A DNA stretch of 64,000 nucleotides from Bdellovibrionales bacterium (GTDB lineage Bacteria; Bdellovibrionota; Bdellovibrionia; Bdellovibrionales; UBA1609): positions 352,001 to 416,000 of the forward strand of contig CBDBIB010000001.1 in assembly GCA_965205945.1 (NCBI GenBank). Direction: 5' to 3'. Shown here one piece after another: positions 56,425 to 64,000 of this stretch (positions are counted from its first letter, which is position 1; the number at the start of each line of letters is the position of its first letter). The notes beneath the pieces are model-generated. The model did no database searches and was not told the origin of the DNA. It saw only the letters and a program-made list of their open reading frames with translations. Made by a program: the position numbers and the translations under genes.

Positions 56425-57345
56425 TTAACCTTTAGATGAAATTAATTTATCAAAGAAAATTGTTAAAGGCGATGCTACGTAAATTGAACTATATGTTCCG
56501 ACAAAAACACCAATAGCTAGCGTAAACGCTAAATCTTTAATCACTCCAGTTCCTACAAAGTATAAACATGAGATTGCAATTAAAGTTGTAACAGATGTTA
56601 AAACTGTTCTAGATAAGACATCATTAATTGATCTATTTACTGTAAACTCTAAAGCTTTTTGTTTAAAACGAGGAATATTCTCCCTGATTCTATCAAAATT
56701 CACAATTGTATCATTTAAAGAGTAACCAATAATTGTTAAAATTGCAGCTAACGTTTGAACGTTAACCTCTTTACCTAAAAGAGAAAATATTCCTAATGTA
56801 ATAATAGCATCATGAAACAAGCAAATCACAGCACCTGGAGCAAACTGATAATCAAACCTAAAACCTACATAAATAAGAATCATAATTAGAGAATAAAAAA
56901 TTGCAAGCATTCCATTTGTTCTAAGCTCAGCACCAATTTGTGGGCCAACAGAATTTACTCTCCTTAATTCTACTCCAGGATATTTGTTCTTTAAACCTGC
57001 TGTAATTTTTTTAACTGCCTCATTAACCAAAGCTGTTGTCTTAGCTTGTGTTGCTCCTTTAACTGACTCTGTTCTAATCAAAAACTCATTGTCTTCCCCA
57101 AAAGATTGAACTGAAGCTTTCTCAAGCCCTAAACCCTTTACTAAACTCCTAATATCATCAGCTTTAACCGCTACATCAAACTTCACCTGAACTTCAGTTC
57201 CACCAGAAAAATCAATTCCATAATTAAAATTTTTTGTAAAGATTAACCCCAATGAAACAAGAACCAGCACTAAAGAAACTCCCCCAAAAACTGGAGCTCT
57301 TCTAACAAATTCTATTCTCCCTCTATCTAAATCTCTTACACTCAT
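56425..57345 (-). CDS. secF: Protein translocase subunit SecF
   Basis: GIDFSGG, VGPQIG, HD, GYSLNDTIV.FDRIRE, GTYSS; start at MSVRDL. Confidence 0.95.
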   Translation of the reverse strand: MSVRDLDRGRIEFVRRAPVFGGVSLVLVLVSLGLIFTKNFNYGIDFSGGTEVQVKFDVAVKADDIRSLVKGLGLEKASVQSFGEDNEFLIRTESVKGATQAKTTALVNEAVKKITAGLKNKYPGVELRRVNSVGPQIGAELRTNGMLAIFYSLIMILIYVGFRFDYQFAPGAVICLFHDAIITLGIFSLLGKEVNVQTLAAILTIIGYSLNDTIVNFDRIRENIPRFKQKALEFTVNRSINDVLSRTVLTSVTTLIAISCLYFVGTGVIKDLAFTLAIGVFVGTYSSIYVASPLTIFFDKLISSKG

Positions 57346-57367
57346 TTTAATATACCTCTTTTTAACC

Positions 57368-59080
57368 TTATAATCTTTTATTAGAAGGAAATAAGCCTGT
57401 AACACCATTTAAAACCAACGCCTCAACAACTGTTCTTGTTAAGAAAATGGCTGTAAACATTGAAGTTGCAACACCCCAAATAAGAGTTACAGCAAAACCT
57501 TTGATTGGACCTGTCCCATAAAACATGAGCACTAAACAAACTGCAGCAGTTGTAACATTTGCATCAAAAATTGCTGAAAAAGCCTGAGCAAAACCATCTT
57601 TAATTGCCGCTCTTAAGCCACTTCCTTTTAAAAGCTCTTCTTTAATGCGCTCAAAAATAATAACGTTTGCATCAACTGCCATACCCACTGTTAAAACAAT
57701 TCCAGCAATACCAGGAAGAGTTAATGTTGCTCCTAAAGATGTTAAAATCGTTAGGATTAAAAAGATATTTATTGCTAAAGCAAAACCTGCAACAGCCCCT
57801 GCTAATCTATACCAACCAATCATAAAGATTAAAACAAACAGCAACCCTAAAAGCCCTGCTTGCTTACCCGCCTTAATGCTGTCCGCACCCAGTGTTGGTC
57901 CGACAGTTCTTTCCTCTAATTGCTCTAAAGAAGCAGGCAGTGCTCCTGCTCTTAAGACATTTGTTAAAAACTCAGCTTCTTGCTGTATCTCTTGACCTGT
58001 ACCTAATGTGATTATACCGCCTTCTTTTAAACGACCGCCTATATTAGGAGCTGACATCACAACTTTATCTAGAATAATCGCCATTGGTTTATCTATATTC
58101 TCACCAGTAAGTTTTGCAAACTCAGCTCTCCCCTCACTTGCAACAGAGAAATTTACAACTGGTTGACCATATTCACCCACACCAACAAATGCATCTGAAA
58201 TTTTATCCCCTGAAAAAACCACATCATTTTTAACAAGCATTGGACTTTTACCATCAGTGATTTCCGTTACATTACTTAATTTTTGAAAAACCAATTCTGT
58301 TTGGGCTGGGAGTTTTTCTTTTAAATCTTGATTAAGTCTTCTAACATAATCAATATATTTTAATCCACCCTCTTGCTTAGTTCCAATTGTATAATTACCT
58401 GCAGCTTCAGCCTCCTTAACTAACACATTAAGCTGTGTAAGGGTCATTTCACTTGATACAATCATCTTCTCTAAACGTGCAGCTCTATTAATAAGATCTT
58501 TTGCCTGTTCGTAGTCTTTTTCGTTAATACCTGGAAGCTGAACAACAATTCTTTCAGTCCCTTGAGCTGCAATATAGGGCTCAGAAACGCCAAATGAATC
58601 AATTCGATTTCTAATAACTTCAATTGCTTGAACGACAATTTGTTTTTTAATTGAATTTACATATGTTTCAAAATATTGAAATGTGCTTGTTCCACTAGCG
58701 CTTGTTACCGACTGTAATATGCCAGCATAATACTGGCGAACATATGAGTTTATCACACTTAAATCCCCTGTAAATTGAATTTGTGGATTCACTCCATCTT
58801 TTTTAAATGAAATAGCACTAACCATTCCTGGGTTTTTATTGTTGATCTCTTCTTTTAAAAGGTCTCCTAAACGATTTAGTTTTTCTCCAATCACACCTGG
58901 GGTATCCACACCTAAAACCAAGTGCAACCCTCCTTGAATATCTAGTCCGTAAACTAACGACTGAGTCGGTAACCACCCCAGTGCTTTCTCCTTAGAAATA
59001 AGATTTGGTGCAAAAATATATGCCGACACCAATATGATTGTTACAATAATTCCTATTCGCGTTGTAAGGCTTTTTATCAT
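57368..59080 (-). CDS. secD: Protein translocase subunit SecD
   Basis: GLDIQGG, RIDSFGVSEP, LRAGALP, VGPTLG, GMAVDANV. Confidence 0.95.
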   Translation of the reverse strand: MIKSLTTRIGIIVTIILVSAYIFAPNLISKEKALGWLPTQSLVYGLDIQGGLHLVLGVDTPGVIGEKLNRLGDLLKEEINNKNPGMVSAISFKKDGVNPQIQFTGDLSVINSYVRQYYAGILQSVTSASGTSTFQYFETYVNSIKKQIVVQAIEVIRNRIDSFGVSEPYIAAQGTERIVVQLPGINEKDYEQAKDLINRAARLEKMIVSSEMTLTQLNVLVKEAEAAGNYTIGTKQEGGLKYIDYVRRLNQDLKEKLPAQTELVFQKLSNVTEITDGKSPMLVKNDVVFSGDKISDAFVGVGEYGQPVVNFSVASEGRAEFAKLTGENIDKPMAIILDKVVMSAPNIGGRLKEGGIITLGTGQEIQQEAEFLTNVLRAGALPASLEQLEERTVGPTLGADSIKAGKQAGLLGLLFVLIFMIGWYRLAGAVAGFALAINIFLILTILTSLGATLTLPGIAGIVLTVGMAVDANVIIFERIKEELLKGSGLRAAIKDGFAQAFSAIFDANVTTAAVCLVLMFYGTGPIKGFAVTLIWGVATSMFTAIFLTRTVVEALVLNGVTGLFPSNKRL

Positions 59081-59138
59081 TTTTTCTCCAAAAAGACTTG
59101 CTGTCTTACTCTTTACTTTTTTTAACTCTTATAAAAAT

Positions 59139-59483
59139 TTATTTAGTTTTATCTTCAACAGCACTACTCATTACATGAGATTTCATAACTTTAAGACGCA
59201 TATCTTCTGAAACCTTTAAATCTACAAATCTTTCTGTAACCGCTACAATGGTGCCGAAAATACCCCCCGCGGTCAAAACCTGATCACCCTTCTTTAAAGA
59301 CTGCAAAAAGTCTTTAGATTCTTTAGCTTTTCTAGCTTGCGGTCGCAAAATTAAAAAATAAAAAACTAAAAACATCAATGCAAAAGGAATCAATCCCATC
59401 CAACCTGGACCCTGGCTAGCTTGCTGGCCTACAGCTTCTTGCCCTTGAGCAGCTGGAATAAAAAAATTAATTAAATTAAACAT
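59139..59483 (-). CDS. yajC: Preprotein translocase subunit YajC
   Basis: FYFLILRPQ, LKKGDQVLTAGGIFG. Confidence 0.93.
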   Translation of the reverse strand: MFNLINFFIPAAQGQEAVGQQASQGPGWMGLIPFALMFLVFYFLILRPQARKAKESKDFLQSLKKGDQVLTAGGIFGTIVAVTERFVDLKVSEDMRLKVMKSHVMSSAVEDKTK

Positions 59484-59557
59484 ATATAAAACTCCTAACT
59501 TTAAATGTTTTCACTATAAAAACTAACAGCCTATGCCATACAATAAATTTTTTAATT

Positions 59558-60694
59558 TTATAAGCTAACAACTTGCGTTACTTTTTTAGTATAATACTCA
59601 ACCCATCTGCCCTCTAATATAGCGCTTCGACATTCAGCCAATAATTCTAGATAAAAATGTAAGTTATGAATAGTTAATAATTGTGCAGAAAGTATTTCTC
59701 CACAAATAAAAAGGTGCCTTAAATAACTTTTACTGTGATTTTGACATGTATAGCATCCACAATTTACATCAAGCGGCTTAGAATCTTCCTTATTCTTAGA
59801 TCTTTTAATATTTATCTCTCCATTATGGGTAAAAGCTTTACCATTTCTTGCAACTCGAGTGGGCATCACACAGTCAAACATATCTATTCCTGCATTAATT
59901 GAGTGTAAAAGATCAATGGGCTTTCCAACACCCATTAAATACCTTGGCTTATTAATAGGCATCTTAGGTGTAATCTTTAAAAGCACCTCATACATAAGCT
60001 GCATAGGCTCTCCAACAGAAAATCCACCGAGAGCATAACCAGGAAGGTCAAAAAAAGTAACTTGCCTTAAAGCCTTAAGTCTATGAGGAACACTTAAGCC
60101 CCCTTGTACAATTCCAAAAAGAAGGGAGTCTTTTCTTCTCATCTCTTCTTTACAAATTTTAAGCCATCTATGAGTCCGTCCCATAGCACTCTCTAACTCC
60201 TCTTTAGTACAAGGGTATGGAGGACATTCATCAAAAGCCATAATAATATCAGACCCTAAGTTCATTTGAATCTGCATACTTTCCTTAGGGCCAATAAAAC
60301 ACTTTCTTCCATCAATATGACTTTTAAATGCAACACCCTTTTCTGAAATTTTTCTTAGCGCAGCTAATGAAAAAACTTGAAAACCACCACTGTCTGTTAA
60401 AATAGGTTTATCCCACCCCATAAACTTATGAAGTCCACCCATTCTTTTTATAAGATCATCCCCTGGACGTAAATGAAGATGGTAAGTGTTTCCTAAAATA
60501 ATTTGTGAACCAATATCCTTTAAACCTTGATTCGTCATAGCCTTAACCGTGCCACGCGTTCCAACAGGCATAAAAACTGGAGTCTGAATATCACCATGTG
60601 CTGTTGTTAGAGTTGCCGCCCTTGCCTTTGCGCTAGTAGCTTTAAGTTTAAAATGACCAATTTTTTTCTTAACGCTTTTAGTTATTTCTTCCAT
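59558..60694 (-). CDS. tgt: tRNA-guanine transglycosylase
   Basis: TPVFMPVGT, NTYHL, TDSGGFQV, FDEC, DMFDCV.PTR, CGCYTC. Confidence 0.96.
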   Translation of the reverse strand: MEEITKSVKKKIGHFKLKATSAKARAATLTTAHGDIQTPVFMPVGTRGTVKAMTNQGLKDIGSQIILGNTYHLHLRPGDDLIKRMGGLHKFMGWDKPILTDSGGFQVFSLAALRKISEKGVAFKSHIDGRKCFIGPKESMQIQMNLGSDIIMAFDECPPYPCTKEELESAMGRTHRWLKICKEEMRRKDSLLFGIVQGGLSVPHRLKALRQVTFFDLPGYALGGFSVGEPMQLMYEVLLKITPKMPINKPRYLMGVGKPIDLLHSINAGIDMFDCVMPTRVARNGKAFTHNGEINIKRSKNKEDSKPLDVNCGCYTCQNHSKSYLRHLFICGEILSAQLLTIHNLHFYLELLAECRSAILEGRWVEYYTKKVTQVVSL

Positions 60695-61674
60695 ATACTT
60701 AAATCTCCATAAGAAAAAAGTCTAAACTCGTTTTCTACAGCAAACTTATACGCAAGTTTTGTGCCTTTAATACCGTAAAAAGCCATTACCAATGCTAAAA
60801 GAGAAGACCCTGGCTGATGAAAATTTGTAAAAAGCCCTGACACCCATTTAAACTTATAACCTGGAGTTATAAAAAGCTCCGTCTCCCCAGTTTCATCACC
60901 ATCATTAAACAAACAAGACTCAACAGCTCTTAATGCTGTCGTTCCTAAAGCCCAAATTCTTTTTTTATTTTTCTTAGCACGAATAAGAGCTTCCTTTGTT
61001 TTCCCAGAAACAAAAAAACTCTCCTTATGAAGCTTTCCTTTCTTAATATTTTTCTCCTCTAAAGGTAAAAAAGTCCCTAAACCTATATCTAAACTCACCT
61101 CTTCAACAATAACTCCTCTTACTTTAAGAGCAGCTAAGTCTTTTTCTGAAAAGTGTAGACTTGCAGTAGGTGCCGCTAAAGAGTTTTCGTTCTTTTTCCA
61201 ATCAAGCTGATACCAGTTTATATCGTCCTTAATCGCATGACGTGACTTTCTTAACTTTTGAATATATGGAGGAATTGCAAGTTCACCATATTGAGCAAAA
61301 TATCTTAAATCTAAATCTTGATCCACTTTAATTAATTGAGACCGATCTTTTTGCAAAAGCTCCCCTACTACCCCCCCTGGTAAATCAAGCTTATCCCCTA
61401 CTTTAAATTTTGCAGATTTAAATAAAACCTCCCATTCATATTCAGATCTCTTATTTAAAAATAAAAACTCTAAATCTTTACAAAAAATACGACATGCCTT
61501 AACTCCAGAATTGTTAATAATAATTAAATCCTCTGATTCAATACAATCAAAAGCAGCACAAAGCTCAATCTCAATTGGGGCAGCATTGTCCATGAATAAG
61601 ACACGGCAAGGCTCTGTAGGTTTTAATGCTACAAGTCTTTGTGGATATGTGTATTCTAAATCTTTTATGTCCAT
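60682..61674 (-). CDS. queA: S-adenosylmethionine:tRNA ribosyltransferase-isomerase
   Basis: PPYI, AAPTASLHF, GLGTF, GTT..RA.ES, TNFHQP, FSYGD. Confidence 0.9.
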   Translation of the reverse strand: MDIKDLEYTYPQRLVALKPTEPCRVLFMDNAAPIEIELCAAFDCIESEDLIIINNSGVKACRIFCKDLEFLFLNKRSEYEWEVLFKSAKFKVGDKLDLPGGVVGELLQKDRSQLIKVDQDLDLRYFAQYGELAIPPYIQKLRKSRHAIKDDINWYQLDWKKNENSLAAPTASLHFSEKDLAALKVRGVIVEEVSLDIGLGTFLPLEEKNIKKGKLHKESFFVSGKTKEALIRAKKNKKRIWALGTTALRAVESCLFNDGDETGETELFITPGYKFKWVSGLFTNFHQPGSSLLALVMAFYGIKGTKLAYKFAVENEFRLFSYGDLSIWKK

Positions 61675-61680
61675 AAAACT

Positions 61681-61709
61681 GTCATAAACTTAAGCTGTAT
61701 TGATAGCAA
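61681..61709 (-). promoter_or_regulatory. sigma70-like promoter of queA (likely leaderless)
   Basis: TTGCTA-N17-TATGAC, 6 nt before the ATG, with no SD. Confidence 0.45.
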
Positions 61710-62191
61710 GAAAAGGAAGGTTTATAGCTTTTTTTCTTGGCTCTCTTGCAGTTATTGTTAATTTTCTAATTCCATTATAATAACTTTAAGAAAATTTAGG
61801 AAGATAGAAATCTGTTTTTTCCTTTAATACTAGGAACTTAGCTTTCAGGATGAGAACTAAATAACAGTTGATAGACAGACTAGTTTAAGGCTTGGTGCAG
61901 TGAAAAATAAAAATTAAATACGGTTAATGACTTAAATATTTTTTAACATACAAGCTCTAGCCTGTTTTAATAAAAATATTACCATTATAAGATAAATTAT
62001 GTGCCATTACCGGAATTAGTAGATAAACATAATTAAGGGTATTGCGTGGATAAAAAACAAACTTTTCTGGTAGCAAGCTATTTCTTCAAAGTAAAGTCAA
62101 AGACTTTAAATTGTTACAAAGTTTTTTTATAACTTTATTGTAACAAGCGGGCCTACCATTTATGCTAGACCAAACATACTAAACACGTTCT

Positions 62192-62232
62192 GTGCCGGTG
62201 GTGGAATTAATAGACACGCCGGCTTTGAGGGG
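62192..62232 (+). pseudogene. Degenerate 5' half of a tRNA-Leu(GAG)
   Basis: GTGCCGG-TG-GTGGAATTAATAGACAC-GCCGGCTTTGAGGGG aligns with the acceptor, D-arm and anticodon loop of tRNA-Leu; no canonical T-arm follows. Confidence 0.7.
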
Positions 62233-62341
62233 AGTATGCGGGGTTCCGCTAAAGAGTAATGAGGTAAAGGGCTTAGAGTAAAAATTGGTATACGGAAATA
62301 ACTCGATTTTGGTAACCACAGTACCAAGGTCGGGCATTAAT

Positions 62342-62428
62342 GCGCTAGTGCTGGAATTGGTAGACAGGCTGGTTTGAGGGATCAGTGCTCGTAAGGGCGT
62401 GGAGGTTCAAGTCCTCTCTGGCGCACCA
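62342..62428 (+). tRNA. tRNA-Leu(GAG)
   Basis: GCGCTAG...CTGGT-TT-GAG-GG-ATCAG, long variable arm, GGTTCAAGTCC, CTGGCGCACCA. Confidence 0.96.
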
Positions 62429-62471
62429 CTTTAGTTCGTAAATATTTGTAATAATTAAGTATCGACATAAC

Positions 62472-62490
62472 TGTCCCCAATTTGTCCCCA
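62472..62490. repeat. Direct repeat TGTCCCCA-ATT-TGTCCCCA (integrase arm-site-like)
   Basis: Two exact 8-mers 44 bp past the tRNA 3' end. Confidence 0.55.
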
Positions 62491-62619
62491 GTTTTTTTTA
62501 AAATAATTGCTTTCCCCATTTAATTCTAGCCCCATCTGTTATATGAACATACCTCTTAATATATGTAGATTTAATTTAAATCATTAAATATAATAGAGGT
62601 TAAAAAGGAGAGGGTACGT

Positions 62620-63393
62620 ATGACGTGGTTTTTTAAAATTATAATAGTACTAGCAAGTATTTTACATATTAGTGTTACTCAAGGGGCTTTTTTTTCGACA
62701 GAGGATTTTGATGTTGCCCTTGGCGTTCAGGGAAATTCGTTACTATATAAACGCGGTATTATTACTTATGAAGGTTATCAGATAGTACCTATTTACACAG
62801 TTCAACTATTTAATCCAAAACTTTTTATGGCGGGGGGAGCCCTTTATTATAAGCATGAATTAAGTAAAAATCTATTACTACGAACACGCCTTAACTTTGA
62901 TTCAACTTTAGATAAGCCGTTATATAAAACTTTAGAAGATGAATCAGCAAGACCTCGTCGAGAAAGTACAACAGAGCTAGATATTTACCTAGAGTATACG
63001 GTTATAAATGATAGCTTTTTTAGGTTCTTAATAAGCCAGGACGTAATAGCTCACAAAGGTAATTATTTTGAATTACGTGGAAGACTAGCACTTCTAGATT
63101 TATATAAAAAAAATTTAGAAAAGCCTCTTATTCAATTAGGGATTTTTTCATCCATTGGATACGGCAGTAGTCAGCACAATGATTATTTTTATGGAAAGGG
63201 TGCTAATAAAGCAGGTTTTAATAACCTTGAATATGGTATATCAATAACAAGTCCAAAAGTAATAGAAAAGTTTTGGCCAACATTTAAAATCACACGCTTT
63301 CATGTATTAGGAAGCAATAACAAAGAGGGCTCTCATATTCAAGAAACTAAAGGTTGGAGCATTGAGGCTCTTATGGCTTTTCAAGTTTGGTAA
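62620..63393 (+). CDS. MipA/OmpV-family outer-membrane protein
   Basis: Signal peptide; RRESTTE; GSSQHNDYFYG; terminal aromatic residue (AFQVW). Confidence 0.7.
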   Translation: MTWFFKIIIVLASILHISVTQGAFFSTEDFDVALGVQGNSLLYKRGIITYEGYQIVPIYTVQLFNPKLFMAGGALYYKHELSKNLLLRTRLNFDSTLDKPLYKTLEDESARPRRESTTELDIYLEYTVINDSFFRFLISQDVIAHKGNYFELRGRLALLDLYKKNLEKPLIQLGIFSSIGYGSSQHNDYFYGKGANKAGFNNLEYGISITSPKVIEKFWPTFKITRFHVLGSNNKEGSHIQETKGWSIEALMAFQVW

Positions 63394-63541
63394 TTATAGC
63401 TTCAAACATTTTATTAATCAATTAATAGACTACAGGTTAAATATATGAAAAAATTTATTATAAAGAAGATCAAATAAAAAAAGATAACAATATAAACTCT
63501 GTAGAAAAGAAGAGCCCTTATGATTAAAAAGTTTAATTATT

Positions 63542-64000
63542 GTGTTTAGCAGTAAGCCTTGGATTTTATTTTTTTCAACATTAGCAAGCGAAGATTTAGC
63601 CTTTATTTATGGACTGTTTAATGTACAAGATCAATCTTTACACCCTTTTAACTTTATAATTTTTTACTTACTCGGAGTTTTTATTGGAGACATCATACTG
63701 TATGGTCTAGGAAAAAGTGCTCGCAAATTATCTAAAACAAAATACTTTTGCTTTATTCATAAATATATTTACAAAACTCAAAGGAAAAAAAAATTTGATG
63801 TTACAAAATTTACAGGTTTTGACCAGTTTTTAGCTTTTACACGGTTCATACCAGGTTCTAGAATTCCAACATATATCTACTGTGGGATTTCAAACTATCC
63901 ATTTTTTAAATTCTGTGCAGTTTTACTTGCAAGTAGCCTATTTTACTCAAGCGTAGGTCTGCTTATTTTAAAAATGTTTTATTTAGGAATTGATAATGAA
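63542..64000 (+). CDS. DedA/VTT-family membrane protein (partial, runs off the window)
   Basis: Manual translation: STLASEDLA...GVFIGDIILYGLG...TRFIPGSRIPTYIYCG. Start uncertain: GTG at 63542, or ATG at 63520 with a frameshift in A5. Confidence 0.8.
   Translation, partial: MFSSKPWILFFSTLASEDLAFIYGLFNVQDQSLHPFNFIIFYLLGVFIGDIILYGLGKSARKLSKTKYFCFIHKYIYKTQRKKKFDVTKFTGFDQFLAFTRFIPGSRIPTYIYCGISNYPFFKFCAVLLASSLFYSSVGLLILKMFYLGIDNE

Noticed and set aside
62192..62428. Group I intron-split tRNA-Leu
   Set aside because: The insert is only about 100 nt with no recognisable catalytic core, and the downstream tRNA is already complete

Overview
A strongly AT-rich bacterial chromosome segment, most likely from a Bdellovibrionota (Bdellovibrio-like) organism. 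This assignment rests on the 16S 5' region and on gene content: a vWA/MIDAS lipoprotein, Tad-type ATPases, sigma54- and sigma28-like promoters and a SWIB protein. Most genes and the complete rRNA operon (16S-tRNA-Ile-23S-5S) lie on the minus strand. The window is mainly housekeeping: ettA, map, recN, nadK, an M3 peptidase, smpB, rsmA, tsaD, pal/cpoB, an aminotransferase, coaD, rsmD, rsmE, prmA, csrA, lysC, eno and queA-tgt-yajC-secDF-recJ-queC. There are four intact tRNAs: Ile-GAT, Cys-GCA, Ala-TGC and Leu-GAG. Several signs of erosion are absent from the ORF track: an IS481-family transposase remnant between tRNA-Cys and tRNA-Ala, a decayed TonB-dependent receptor plug fragment, a frameshifted MltD-like lytic transglycosylase and a degenerate 5' half of tRNA-Leu. 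The best leads are (i) an orphan flgM-csrA pair without the usual flagellar neighbours, alongside sigma28-like promoters on non-flagellar genes; (ii) an archaeal-type QueC translationally coupled to DUF366 in the queuosine operon; (iii) a tRNA-like element plus integrase-arm-like repeats around tRNA-Leu; (iv) a histone-H1-like repeat/SWIB fusion; (v) four boxA-like motifs pointing away from the rRNA operon; and (vi) many apparently leaderless genes. No CRISPR array, prophage or clear defence system was seen. All calls come from reading the sequence by eye, and rRNA ends are approximate.
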